Positions 24,573 to 37,067 of a DNA stretch of 64,000 bases are shown piece by piece. Numbering within the stretch: position 1 is the stretch's first letter; every line of letters starts with the position of its first letter. Below the pieces are notes generated by a model. The model ran no database searches. It was not told the DNA's origin and was given only the letters and a program-made list of their open reading frames with translations. Position numbers and translations under genes: made by a program. The DNA is from Felis catus (lineage: Eukaryota): NCBI RefSeq assembly GCF_018350175.1, contig NC_058368.1:126792001-126856000 (forward strand). Direction: 5' to 3'.

Positions 24573-25109
24573 TCTACAACGCTTTCTGCAGATCCTTTAG
24601 TTCTGGTGAGAAATTCTGGTTCGAAAGAAATCATTGGAACGCACCACGAGAGGTCACTAAGTCCAGTGGCCTCCAAATGTTTTTTATTCTCACCTCTGTA
24701 CATCGTAACTTTCTGATCATGCACACCCACATGTATTTATTCCTCAGTGTATATGTACTATCAAGCTATACTAAACATTAGTAAAACTTATTAAAAAATA
24801 TGTTTAGATGAAAATTACAGCATCAATTTAAATAAGCTTTGGAATATTTTCCTTCTGCACTAAAAGTGATCACTTTATACACCTTCCAGAGAGATCAGTG
24901 ATCTACTTTGTATTTCCTTTCTCCAAAAGGGCATTTCAATAAAACAAGTGTTTTTTGTTTTTGTTTTTGAGCTCCTACTACATACTCAGCACTGTGGAAG
25001 GGACGGAGATGATTAAAAAAAACAATAAAATGTTTTTTATATCTATAAGTTTCTTGTGTCATAGCATAGAAAAGACTTAAAGACCATGTAAAACAGCATG
25101 CATGCAGCA

Positions 25110-25570
25110 GTCAGAGCATTTAACTTGCAAACAACATAGCCCACTCTTACTATTTTAAAGAAAAAGGAATTTATTAAGTGGCTTACAGAATGTATTGGAG
25201 AACCATTAAGGAAGTCAGGATTGGAGGCTAAACAGTAGCCGGGCAAAAGGATCAGCCACTCAAGGGCTCTTGTGGTAGAAATCAGTAGTACAATTGCCTG
25301 TCGCTCAGCACCAGGGACACCAAGGACCAGAGAGTGCAAACTGCTAGCGATGCCAGGGGAAACACACCCAGGTCACCATGCGTGCCCGGAGAGCTGAGCT
25401 CCCAGCAGGCAGCACTGGTCACGTCCTCCTTCCCAGTAGCATGGAGCTGCATCTGCTCAGCAGAACTGAGGTTGTATCCAGAACCAGGCTTCAAGGATGT
25501 CTTAGGCCTCTCTTTACTCTAACGCAGAGAAAGCAACTAGAGGCTGGAGTAAAGACTGACTGAGCCAGGC
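25110..25570 (-). mobile_element. Old MaLR LTR (MLT1L/N-like)
   Basis: cagtcagagcatttaacttgcaaacaacatagcccactc...aaggaatttattaa. Confidence 0.5.
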
Positions 25571-26334
25571 CACAGGATCTGTCATGTTAGGATAGTGTCT
25601 ACTTGAGGAAAGAGGCCAATGCATGCCTTGAGCTCTCACATGAACAATGCCAGGGAGCTAGTCAGGGCCTGTCAGCTGCTAACCCAGGCTCTGGCTGGAT
25701 CTCAGCCTGAGACTGCCTTAAGTTCTTGCCACAATAGGAGAGCTCTGAGAGACTTCCTATCTGAGATGATTTCACCTAAGGGCCAAAGGTTCCTTGCATT
25801 TGTTAGGGTGTGTCTACTTTTCTCTCCCAAGTTTGTATCTGACATTCACCCACTGCTTCAATTTAATTTCCAGTTTCTCCATTTTCCTCTATTCTTACTT
25901 AGGTGCCTGACTTCTGAGCTCAATTCAGTATCCACTTCTATTTCTTCCTGTTCCCTGGCTCCCTCCCTACAAATATTTGATTCCCTGCTTCACCTGATGT
26001 ATGGCTTTTATCCTATGCCTGGTCTTGCTGTTAGCTTCATTCCAGGACTCCCTGAATCTCAGCTTATGCCTCTTCTCTTTAGTATATGTGGGCATAGCCT
26101 CAGCTAGAGGCCCTGAGGGAGTGGAGCTCTGGGAACTGGGTGACATGGAGAAGTGGAAGAAGGACCTTCTCCATAGGGACAACCGAGGGCAGAGGTGCTC
26201 TTTGGCTAGCCTGAGGGGAGGAACAGTAGCTAATAACAGGGGCATGATAGGGCCCAATTAAGCAGAAAATATTTTTATAGGAAAAGTAGAGTGACTGCTG
26301 TGATTTACCAAAAGGTGAATATCCCTTAACGCCT

Positions 26335-26745
26335 TCGTTAGACTGAGGTGATAGAACATAGAAACCAAACCAAAGGTGGTTTAAACAGCTCAAAGTTTAT
26401 ATTTTCTTTCTCATAAAAATCCAAGCTGAGAGTGAAGTTCTGCTCCTCAAAGGTCCCAGGAGTCCAGGCTTCAGTGCCTGGTTTCCACTACCAGTGGCCA
26501 CCATTTTGCCTAAACAGAAGAAAGAAATGGGAAGAGAGGGTGCACTCTTCCCTTTAAAGAGATGACCGAGGTATTGCACAATTTACGTTTTCTCATATCC
26601 AATTGGCCAGAAATCAGTCACCTGGCCACACCAAGCTGCCAGGTAAGCTGGGAAGTGTGGACTTCACCAGCCACGTGCACAGCTAGGAAGCTCTGTATCT
26701 ATTTAAGAAGGTAAAAATGAACGTTGGGGAGAACCAGCCCTCTGC
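26335..26745 (-). mobile_element. MaLR LTR (MLT1J-like)
   Basis: attggccagaaatcagtcacctggccacaccaagctgccaggtaagctgggaagtg. Confidence 0.75.
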
Positions 26746-26984
26746 AGACTGTACTGTGACTAGGCTGCAGGAGCAGTTCTCAGGGAAAGATTGCTACTGT
26801 CTTACATGTGGTCTTCGCTGCAGGCCAACTGATAGCCAATGCCTTCTTAGAAAACATCAGAATTACTGACAGCATTAGGTATAGGTATAGGAGAGAATGC
26901 AATGTAACCCTGCACAACCACCCTCCACCCACCCAGCCTCCACCCCAAGCCACCCCTTGGGGTGAAAGCCTAGTGGAGCCCTTC

Positions 26985-27210
26985 ACAGCACTGTCATCAA
27001 GTTCAAATCTGGTTCAAATCCCAGCTCTCCCATCAATCACATGTGTGATCTTGAGCAATTTGCCTTCCCTTCCTATGCTTCCATTTCCCCATCTATAAAA
27101 GAGATAGTAACAGTACCTACCTCAAAGGGTTGTCAGAGAATTAAATGAAATAATGCATATTCATAGCACCTGATACATAGTAAAGACTCAATGATTCTTG
27201 GCTATTATAA
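26985..27210 (+). mobile_element. MIR
   Basis: ggttcaaatcccagctct...cagtacctacctcaaagggttgtcagagaattaaatga. Confidence 0.8.
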
Positions 27211-27650
27211 TACAGACTATACACACACAAATGAACCCTCAGCCCGAATCTGCAAGCATGTACATAGTTCTTCCTGACTGATGTGGCAAAGGAAAAAGAA
27301 TAGATTTATGCCCAGTTCCTTCCATCACCTTCCATATCTTGGCCTCCACTGTGGGAGAAACAGTGACAACAAGAAGGACAATAGCACGATGCAAAGGTAC
27401 AGAAGCAAGAGCGAGCATGGCTTCAGAAAACAATGAAAAGTCCAGAGCAGCTACAATGGAAGTAGTAGATAAATTTGAACAGTCCGACTCATGCCCTCAT
27501 CAATAAACACTGATAAAATGTGAAACCACCTAACAAGGAAACTCTCCAGTTGTTCAAACTTCATTTGAGAAAGACATTCTCAGCACTAGCAGGGGCAGCC
27601 AGAATACTTTCTACAATGGTTGCAATGAGCATCATCAGGAGCAATATCAA

Positions 27651-27840
27651 AAAAAAAAATTTAACATTTATTTTTGACAGAGAGAGACAGAGCATGAGCA
27701 GGGGAGGGGCAGAGAGAGAGGGAAACACAGAATCTGAGCTGTCAGCACAGAGCCCGACGCAGGGCTCGAACTCATAGACCGCGAGGTCATGACCTGAGCC
27801 AAAGTCGCACGCTCAACCGACTGAGCCACCCAGGTGCCCC
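27651..27840 (-). mobile_element. CanSINE (internal deletion, no A tail)
   Basis: Perfect 17-bp TSD atcaggagcaatatcaa at 27634-27650 and 27841-27857. Confidence 0.95.
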
Positions 27841-28162
27841 ATCAGGAGCAATATCAACAAACCCATGCTCTAACATCTAAGGTGCTCTTAATATCCTTGT
27901 TTATAATGCCGTGTCCTGACCCAAAGTGTCTGGACAAAACTTTGAAAAATTAGCACCCGTGTTCCTTCTACTCTCTCCCCAAATCCCAGGAGCATGTTGC
28001 GTGTGTTAGATATTACAAAGGTAATCCTCAAAGGTAGAGAATGAGGGTTGCTTTTAATTCCCTTAGAAGACCTCAGAATCATGTGGGGGAGCTTTTCAAC
28101 TGCACACTACATACGTCCACCCAGAGACTGTAATACACATTTGCCTACTTGGTAATGACACG

Positions 28163-28368
28163 CTGAGGTGTGGGAGCCAGCTCCTACAAGCTCACAAGAG
28201 CAGATTTGCATTTCTCCTCCCATCTCTGTGTTCAAGGGCGTCCCACTGGTAGTTTGAAAATGACATGTTGGGACTATTTACATGGAAAATGGCAACCACT
28301 GTAAACCAGGGCTCCTTCTGCCACTGCCCCAAACAGCTGCTTTTTCAACATTTATCAACACACCACTG
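28163..28368. mobile_element. hAT-Blackjack MITE (MER63A-like)
   Basis: ggagccagctcctacaagctcacaagag ... tggtagtttgaaa ... aacatttatcaacacaccactg. Confidence 0.7.
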
Positions 28369-28635
28369 CCACATGCTTTCAAGAATCACTGCAGTAAAGG
28401 TTCATGTGAGTAATGATAACATATTATACCTGCCTCCTGTCATGTGGGAGTGGGAAAAGAGAAAATTCAACGTTCTATAGTACGTGCAGACCTATGCTAG
28501 GTGCTGGAAGGCCTCTGTTCTCTAGAAGGGTCAGATGTTTGATGACTCCAGAAAGATGAGCTTAGCTCTGATTCTGTCAAGAAGCATTGTGGAAAGCCCT
28601 GCTGGGTAAAGACACAAGGAGTATCTGCCTTGGTG

Positions 28636-28638
<3 letters not shown>

Positions 28639-28704
<66 letters not shown>

Positions 28705-28721
28705 AATACACACACACACAA

Positions 28722-28753
<32 letters not shown>
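28639..28753. repeat. Compound microsatellite (CT)n(CA)n
   Basis: Seen directly. Confidence 0.97.
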
Positions 28754-28964
28754 TATACAGTAACAAATGGAGAGGGGCCAAATGACTGGTGTGAGTACTA
28801 AATAGTCAAAGAAGAGGAGAGTTGATTGACTGAGTGGCTGCTATGTGCCACACATGGTACTAGGCTCTGGGGACTCTAGTGAGCAAGACATGCCCTGACT
28901 AGGCATCGAGTGTGGTGCCTCTCAAGGTGTGGTCTGATGACTGTCTGCATCAGAATCATGACCA

Positions 28965-29212
28965 GTAATAAAAGCTAACAAGTATTAAGGGCATGCTATG
29001 GGCCAGCCACTGTACTAAGTGTTTTGCATGTATTATAATTTCATTCTCAGACCAACATTATATTTGACCTATTATTATTATTTCCATCTCACAGATTAGA
29101 AAACCGAGAAAAAAAACACTAATTATCTTGCCCAAGGTTGCACCATTTGGAAATAACCAAGCCATGACTGAAACATGGAAGTCTGGCCTCAGTACCCATG
29201 CCCTAAACCTAC
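28965..29212 (-). mobile_element. MIR
   Basis: aataaaagctaacaagtattaagggcatgctatgggccagccactgtactaag...cttgcccaaggt. Confidence 0.8.
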
Positions 29213-29240
29213 ATTAAAAAGATTGTTTCCCTGGGTCCAT

Positions 29241-29367
29241 GGGATGCCTGGGTGGCTCAGTCAGTTAAGCATCTGACTCTATCTCAACTCAGGTCTTCAT
29301 CTCAGGGTTGTGAGTTCAAGCCCCACATTGGGCTCCATGCTGGGTATGAAGCATACTTAAAAAAAAT
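29241..29367 (+). mobile_element. Short-form CanSINE (no CT tract)
   Basis: gggatgcctgggtggctcagtcagttaagc...gaagcatacttaaaaaaaa. Confidence 0.85.
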
Positions 29368-30309
29368 ACTGATTCCTTCGGCCCAGAGTAACTGAACCAG
29401 AATCTTTGGGACTGGATCCCCAAAATTTTACGTTTTAAATTGCATCCTTAGGTACTCATGATGCTTATAGGTACTGATGCTCAATGGCCTGGAGATGAAA
29501 TCTGACAATTCCACAAGGTATCGTAATAAAAATAACATTTGATAAGCATACCATAAGAGGTATATACAGGATGCTAAGGGAGGATGTGGCTTCACGGTGG
29601 TCAGGGAAGTCTTCCTAGGGTAACTGCTCACACCTGCCTCAAAGGTAGGTGTTCACTGGGTATCAAGGGGGTAAGAAAGCCTCCAGACAGAGGAGCACAT
29701 TTGGATCACAGGGCCAGAGGAAGGAAAGCTGCTAGGCCTTTGAAGAAGTGGAATAAATCCACCATGGACAGAAGGTAGGATGCCTGGGCCCCTGCCTAAG
29801 AGAAGAGGCAAAAGTGGCAGGAGGAGGTGAGTCAGGGCTTCCTGCAGTAGACTAGCTGTTTATGTACTGAATAAAGTCTCTTCGTCTGCTCAGGAAAGGG
29901 CCTTTTTGTAACTCAACTCCTCATCTACATACCTCTAAGCAATCTGCACCATCTGTCTTTCTGTGGCCATCAGTGGTCTATCAATGACTCTGGGTCAGAT
30001 CAGGAGGAGCTTTACTTGTACGTTCAAAAGTTTGGACAATTGGTAATTGTTGTAGGATTTTAAAAAGGGAGTGACATGGTTGGATTTGGGGGTTTGAAGG
30101 ATCATTCTGGCTGAAAAAGTCAGAAATTTCTACAGAGCACACTTACCATGAGCATAGGTGTGATAGATTGGATTCCGTGGTGAGGTCGCCATTGTGGCTC
30201 CTCCTTTCCCATGAGGCTGCAGATTCTTTTCCACCACTGGGACAGTGAGTTCCCTCACACACTCCCAGAACGTCATCCTGCCCCTACCCTCCCTTGTCCA
30301 CATGCTAAA

Positions 30310-30460
30310 CTACACAGCATGGCATTTAATCCTTACAACTGTATTTATACATGAAGAAACTGAAGGTCAGAGGGGTTATGTGCCCAAGGTCATACAGGTG
30401 CAAAAATAGAATCTGAAACCATGTAATTTTTGTTCCAAAGCTTTTGCTCCAGCCACCATC
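30310..30460 (-). mobile_element. MIR
   Basis: atgaagaaactgaaggtcagaggggttatgtgcccaaggtcatacag. Confidence 0.75.
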
Positions 30461-30611
30461 CACAATTGCCTCCAAGTCTATGTAAATGGGGTAAAGCCAC
30501 ACTCTCCTAGAGTTCCTATATGACAAAACCTGCATGGGACATTCAGAAAAACTCAATTTCGTCTTCAAGTTTCCACACCACAGGAAGCTATGAATGAATC
30601 AAAGATCCTTA

Positions 30612-31070
30612 TATCAGACAGGACTAGTACAGCTCACAGAGAGAGAACACAATCAAACTGGCTTAAACCAGGAATTTAAATAGCTTATATAACTAAAACT
30701 CTGATTCTGAGACCAGTAGATCCTAATACCTTGGTTACTTTCACTGCATCTCAGCTTTCCTTCCCTCTGGGTGGCTTCATCCAATGTGAGCTCTCCCTTG
30801 GTGACAACAAAAACACACAACAGCAACTCCAACTGACATCTCACCTGCTTAGATACCTCACCTGGGAAATGCTTTTTACACTGGATCCAGAGAATGTTCT
30901 GGCATGGGACCTCACAGGTCAAGTCGGGGCAATGTGCCCAGCTCTAGAGAGGGAATGTGTCAGCCCCACTTGATCGCATGGTCTGAAAGTGGGAGTATAG
31001 CCCCCCTAAAGGAAAATGAAATGCTGTTTCCAAAGGAAGAACTGGATGGTAGGCAGGGGAAACGGGTTTC
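30612..31070 (-). mobile_element. MaLR LTR (MLT1K-like)
   Basis: caaactggcttaaacc, tctcagctttccttccctctgggtggcttcat, cccctaaaggaaaatgaaatgctgtt. Confidence 0.65.
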
Positions 31071-31775
31071 AAGGACTCCACAGAATTTTCTAATTCCTCC
31101 TTTTTAGACCCAGTAGGATCACAGTGGCTTCACTTTTTCTAGAAACTTCTAGGCCTCTCTTCACTATCTAGTCAGTGATAATTTGAGATAGTTCTTAACA
31201 AGAATTACCAACAAAAGAAATAAAAAATAAAATAAAATAAATAATAAAAAGTCTCTTTGGTTTCATGTACTTTAACTTAAGATACAAATTGAGAAAAGTT
31301 CAAAGAGAAGTAGAATCCTTGATTTCATGGAAATATCAAATAATATACTTAAACAGTTGGAAATTAAGTGAGAAAGTAACAAATAGGAAAGAAGAGAAAA
31401 TGATTTTATTTAACAAAGTTCTGAGGCCAAAGAGAATGATCAAAGTTGGAAGACAGGAAGAAAAGGAAAATTATTTTGAAAATTGAGATATCAGATAAGG
31501 AAGTCGGTGTTGGTTGGATGTTTCAAGAAAGCAGATATCTATCAACTTAATCAAGATTTTTTTATTAAAACTGCTGAGCTCTCAAGTATGATGCTTTTCT
31601 CAGTGTGACAGGTTATAGAACAAGCCAAACAAGAAAGAAGATTTTGCTGCGCTAACTGGTTCTTCCATTTCCATCACAACCTCACGAGTGGAAAATAGTG
31701 ATGCTGATAATGTCATAATCTAATTATTTTGCTCTTCCATCTTTGTTTTTTCAGTGCTTAACATGATGACCATAA

Positions 31776-31991
31776 GGGGCACCTGGGTGGCTCAGTGGGT
31801 TGGGCATCTGACCAGCTCAGGTCATGATCTCACAGTTTGTGAGTTCAAGCCCTGCATCAGGCTTTGTGCTGATAGCTCAGAGCCTAGAGCCTGCTTCAGA
31901 TTCTGCTCCCTCTCTCTCTACCTCTCCCCCACTCATGCTCTCTCTCCTTCATAAATAAAAATAAACATCAATAAAATTTTTTTAAAAAAAA
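31776..31991 (+). mobile_element. CanSINE
   Basis: TSD atgatgaccataa at 31763-31775 and 31996-32008. Confidence 0.94.
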
Positions 31992-32058
31992 GATGATGAT
32001 GACCATAAATTTTCTTTATTTACTTTATTCCACACAGATTTTCCTTAAAGTTGGTGGA

Positions 32059-32267
32059 GGGGCACCTGGGTGGCTCAGTCGGTTAAGCAACTGACTTTGG
32101 GCTCAGGTCATGATCTCGCAGTTTGTGGGTTTAAGCCTCACGTCGGGCTCTGTGCTAACAGCTCAGAGCCTAGAGCCTGCTTCAGATTCTCTGTCTCCCT
32201 CTCTCTCTGCCCCTTCCTGCTCATGCTCTGTCTTTCTCTCTCTCTCAAAAATAAATAAACATTTAAA
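32059..32267 (+). mobile_element. CanSINE
   Basis: TSD aaagttggtgga at 32047-32058 and 32268-32279. Confidence 0.95.
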
Positions 32268-32599
32268 AAAGTTGGTGGAAACTGTAGGTGATATTCTGTA
32301 TAATTTTTGATTTGAAGCTAGTAAGTTACAGAAATTTATAAATGGGAGAAGAGAAAATTACTTTGTCCATGATTGAACTAATGGTACTTTATCATTTGGG
32401 GATAATTCTATCTGGCTGCAAGTGAGAAGTGTCTTACTGGGCTCAGATCTGCTCCTTACTGTCCTCTCTGGAAAATGAGCACTGACACTGCAGGCTCAGA
32501 TATCATCTTAAGACTTGGTTTAAATTTTTTTTTAAGATGCTACAACAAACAGCAGTCATATTAGCTCAATCATAATTATCATCATCTTTGAAATCCTGG

Positions 32600-32790
32600 A
32601 AATAGTTATTTGTGAAGAGATTGCTGTATGCCAGGCACTATGCCAAACACTTCTTGTGTTTCAGTTATTACACCAAAAACGTAGGTTTAGAGGAAAACTG
32701 AGGTTCAAATTACTTGAGCAAGGGGACAAATCTAGGGAGTTGCAGAACCAAGATTCCCACACTGGGCTGGTCATCCTGGTTAGCACCTCA
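32600..32790 (-). mobile_element. MIR
   Basis: tgctgtatgccaggcactatgccaaacact...gaggaaaactgaggttc. Confidence 0.6.
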
Positions 32791-32890
32791 CGTATACCAG
32801 AACCAATTAGCATTACAATGTTCGAAGACCAGAGAGTTTATTTCTGTCCTTTGTCACCTAAGTAAAGTGATTACTCCAACAGACTGCTGA

Positions 32891-33118
32891 GGGGCACCTG
32901 GGCGGCTCAGTCATTTAAGCCTTCAACTTCCGCTCAGGTCATGATCTTATGGTCTGTGGGTATAAGCCCCATATGGGGATCTGTGCTGACAGCTCAGAGC
33001 CTGCAGTCTGCTTTGGGTTCTGTATCTCCCTCTCTCTGCCCCTCCCCCATCTGTGCTCTTTCTCACTCTCTCTCTCAAAAATAAAAAAAAAAAAAACATT
33101 AAAATGTTTTTTAAAAAA
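32891..33118 (+). mobile_element. CanSINE
   Basis: ggggcacctgggcggctcagtc head, CT tract, A tail. Confidence 0.93.
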
Positions 33119-33249
33119 GAGAGCTAAGCAAAAGTATGTTCTTTACTGAAAATTCAGCTCTTGATTTTCACAGATGATAATCCACACCATCTTCCTAAAT
33201 GTGAGGTCTAGTATATGGTAATTTTATGTTCACCAAATTACATTGTGTG

Positions 33250-33633
33250 TAACTTAATATATTGACTGCCCACTATGTGCAAGATCCTGAGGCCATAACT
33301 TCAGGAAGAACACTTATGAGTTAAAATGCAGCCATTGTTTTGAAGAGTTTCCAGTATGGAGCAGGGTGAAAGACGTCGAGAAAGTTGAACCATCTACAAG
33401 AAAACAAGCCATAATTGGAACACCATAAAAGAGCTATAACCCAAGTATCACAAGAGTTTAAAGAGAGAGAGTAATCCCACCCATTTGTGAAAAGGCTTCA
33501 CTGAATACATACCATTTGATGCGGTCCTTGTGTTAGAGGAGGCAGTTAGTTAGGCTTTAACAGGATGCCTGGAAACCAGCAAAGGGAGAATCAAGTCCCC
33601 TTACCAGGAAAGATAGCAGCCTGTCCTGGCAGC

Positions 33634-33670
<37 letters not shown>

Positions 33671-34430
33671 CCACAAGAAGCCAGAACAAACCAGGCAGAC
33701 CCCAAGACAAAGAAGGTCAGGTACACATCCAAGACAAAGACCCTGGCCTGGTAAGGAAGAAAAGGCACAAAACCCTGCTCTCAAAGAAATCCCCTCCCCA
33801 AACAATAAATATTCCATTCCTCACTTAACAAGTGTTAGTGAAAGACAGAGACCCAAACCCTGGGCAAGGCTCTCCCATGAGCCACCCTCTCTCCCATCTC
33901 CAGAGTGTACTGTTGCTCACTTTAATGAACTCTTCACTTGCACCTCTCCAGCACTGTCTGGTCTGTCCTTGAATTTTTTTTCTCAAGACTGACTAAGACC
34001 CTCCAACAACATTCCCCCCACTGCCTCCAGGGACAGCTGGGCAGAGGCATCAGGGCCAGGAGTTCTCCCCAGTCTATCCCGAAACACTTGCAGATTTGAA
34101 GAGATGTCACCATGCACAGAGGAAAGGAAAAGAGGGTGTAGCAGACAGAAAGAACAGCATAAGAAAAGACAAGCAACAGTATGAGTGTGTGGTCTTGTAC
34201 ACACTCGTGTGATGAATGAAGTATTCTAGTCTGAATGGAGATGTGGGTATGGGACATGATGACAGGCAAAGCTAAAACAGAGGTTGCAGATTCTGTGCTT
34301 GGTCTTTTGGCACAGCTGAAAAATTGGGCTTGATGTGCCAGGCAATGGGGAAGACCTACAGACCAGGGAGCAATTGGACTGGATCAAAAAACAGTTAATT
34401 GGAACGGATGTGATCAGGTTGTTATGGCAA
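33250..34430 (-). mobile_element. L2 fragment split by an ERV LTR
   Basis: attgactgcccactatgtgcaag; aaggcttcactgaa...catttgatgcggtccttg continues as cagatttgaag...agaaagaacagcata. Confidence 0.6.
33531..34086 (+). mobile_element. ERV1-class solo LTR, 556 bp
   Basis: TG...CA termini (tgttagagg ... cccgaaaca); 4-bp TSD cttg at 33527-33530 and 34087-34090; internal (CA)n; decayed poly(A) signal ttaatgaactc. Confidence 0.85.
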
Positions 34431-34449
34431 CACCAACAAAGTATTTAGG

Positions 34450-34605
34450 CCAGTGCTTCCCAACTTTAAATTGCCTAAGAACCACCAGGGGGACTTGTGA
34501 AAATGCAGATTTAAATTGGCAGTCCTGAGAGGGAACCTCAAAGTCTGCATTTGTAACAAGCTCCTACGTAAGGCCCATGCTGCTTGCTTTTCAACCACAA
34601 CTCAA
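34450..34605. mobile_element. MER5A-like MITE
   Basis: cagtgcttcccaacttt...cttgtgaaaatgcagatt...tctgcatttgtaacaagctcc. Confidence 0.75.
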
Positions 34606-35459
34606 AAACCTTAGTCTACACAAAATGACATAGAAGACATCCTTAGGCATTTGCCATCATTGTTACTCCCAACCAACTCTCTGCCCAGGTACTTTTTCTT
34701 TTTTTTTGTATTTTCAACTGAAAATCTGACATCTCCACCTAGTCTCTTCCTGTCCCCCCCCCCCATATTTTTAACTCTTTAAATACCATCTGGAAGAATA
34801 GGAAAAAGCAAGCAGATTAAATGAGGTCACTTAAGCAGTTTGTGGTTTCAGCTGAAGCTTTGTGTTATCTTAAAGGGAAGCAGAAAACATGTGGATGTAT
34901 AAATAGAGGTGTGGAACACAAGTTCACAGAAATTTTTATTCTCTCACTGTATAAGGATGAGCTCACATTTAGGACGCAGGGCTCAAAGCTGGTTGCCTTA
35001 GTGAAAAGTGGGATACTGGTTACACTGAGGACAACTGAGCAATCTAGGTCTTTCTGACACTTGCTGTGGACCAGATGCTGGGGCGTTGGCCTCTGGAGCA
35101 AATTAAACTGAAGGCATTTAATAGCAACCTAAATCTTAACAGCTGAAAGAGGAAATGCAGCAGAGGATTTGAAACTAGGTCAAGGAGGAAACTCTGGTAA
35201 ACCTCCCAAAATGGCTGACTTTCCAAACATTATAATTCTTCCCACCAGTCATTTTCAAAAGGAAAGCCTATTTTCTCAAATGGTATCCTTCCTGACCCCA
35301 AAACAAGATAAGTAAGCAGGAACACAGAAACCAAAATCCATGGCAGCCATGAACCCTTACTTCTGCACTGCCAAACTTCTGTCCCTGCCTCATGTGTACC
35401 ATGCTGCCTCCTGGCCACAAGAAGCAATGGAGGTGGAAGCAAATTGACCGGGGATGAGA

Positions 35460-35660
35460 ATTACCCCTAAGGGCACAGATTAATGCACAGTTTGACGTCA
35501 CTATAATTTAATCCATTTCAGATGGTTATTTGACTGAACAGATGGTGGCAGTGTCCATGCATAAGCTCCAGTCAGTTTCTTGACTGATGTCCACTCGTAC
35601 CAAGGAAGAGATTAGCTACGTGCAACTGGCAATCTAAGGTAAGATTAGGCAAAGCATCAC
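35460..35660. promoter_or_regulatory. Candidate enhancer (motif cluster in repeat-free DNA)
   Basis: TGACGTCA 35493-35500, TAATCC 35509-35514, three GATTA, two CAGATGG (35519, 35539). Confidence 0.35.
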
Positions 35661-36452
35661 TATTGCTTTCTAAAATTCCATTGGCATTCTCTTATGATGG
35701 CTTTCCCTTGAGTGGAAAGAAACAAACTTTGCCTATCCCACCTGAATATTTCCTTCAAGGGAACTTAAAGCCTGCCACAAAAAGAAAATGTCACAAAGTG
35801 AAAGAGCAATCATTCCTATGTTAGATTAAAACATGTGGGACAAGACACTATTGAAGCCATGGGCATTTTTACTGAAACTGTGTTTGTGGCAGACATTGTG
35901 TGCGATGCCCAGTCCCTTTGAGAAACACTGCCCCACTGAGGAAAGGAGCCCCGAGCAGTAATGTCAGGAGAATCAGCAACGTTTCGGCCAGGAAATCCAC
36001 TCTGGGGCAAAAAACTACCAATCCACAGATTGTCCTGTGACCTGTGATACAGTCTCACACAACAATTTCTGTGAAAAGGGAAAAGATGATAATTAGGTGG
36101 CCAGTCAGACTTTCCTCAAAATTGGAGCTGGAAAAAGTGGAGAGAATCCAAAGTGGGGGAAAAAAAGCAAGAAGACACAAAGATAAGGAGAAACCCAGAG
36201 GAGCAGACCCACAGTAAAGGCAGAGCACAGAATGAAGAGACCCTGTATTCATTCTGTGGCTCAGATGCTTAGAGGCTTAGGGTGGTCCCAAACAGCCATC
36301 TGACCCCTCCCAGGCTTTGTGAGACCCACCCTTACAAGCTTCTCTCTGTGTGAAGCTTAAGGATTCAACTCTTTATGAGCTTCCATAAGACCCAGCTATC
36401 AGCTGACATTCCCACTGGCAACATTTGCATCTTCAACTCCCCAGTCCTTATA

Positions 36453-37067
36453 TGAAAGAGATCAAATGCTAATGCCACCATCTAGACCTCGAGACCTGAC
36501 TTTTACTGTCTACCTGCTTATACTTACCGATCTTTGTCCCACATTTTTCCTTAAGCTCTTTTCCAGCTTCTCGTAACTCAGGCAAATGGAAAGCAAAACC
36601 ACCGCTCTAGCAACAGTGACTAGACCTCCTGACAGGACCTTCAGCTAGTCCAGACCACCCAGTCCACTTAGAGCTTAACCTCTGACTTGCTCATATGCAG
36701 ATAGACCATGTAGTGACCTCTAGAATGACAATGATTATCTTTACCTCATTATAATACTAAAGTCTCCACCCAAGGAGGAGCCTCAGCCTAGTTTACATAA
36801 CATACAATGTATGTATAGGCATGTTTCTTTAAGGCGCATGTGTGACCTTATGCCCAAGTTTACATATTATGACAAGGATTCCTTATTTAAATATTCATCC
36901 TAACCCTCAACAAAAGGAACCCATCTGCCCTTGCTTGAGGAGTCACAGCTTTGGAAATTATTCCCTGTGATCACCTTATTTGCTGCAAATAAAGTTTTCT
37001 TTGTGGGACAAGTCAACCTGGTGCAGTTTCTGATTCACCAAGGAGAGAAGTCACATTGGTTCTGTTA
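36453..37067 (+). mobile_element. ERV1-class solo LTR (MER34/MER39-like style)
   Basis: Starts tgaaagagatc; cattataatactaaagtctccacccaagga; AATAAA at about 36988; U5-like end; TSD not clean. Confidence 0.65.

Larger units (their letters stand above)
28914..29475. mobile_element. MER5A-like MITE interrupted by a MIR and a SINE
   Basis: ctctcaaggtgtggtc...ctgcatcagaatca; resumes actgaaccagaatctttggga. Confidence 0.55.
28820..30120 (-). mobile_element. L2, fragmented by later insertions
   Basis: ctatgtgccacacatggtactaggctctgggga; ggtggtcagggaagtcttcct; ggagtgacatggttggattt...gatcattctggctg. Confidence 0.65.

Noticed and set aside
24862..24875. 14-bp palindrome aaagtgatcacttt
   Set aside because: One or a few palindromes of this length are expected by chance in 64 kb.
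25619..26107. Longest ORF in the track (162 aa)
   Set aside because: No recognisable domain, Leu/Ser/Phe-rich composition typical of pyrimidine-rich non-coding DNA, and no splice context.
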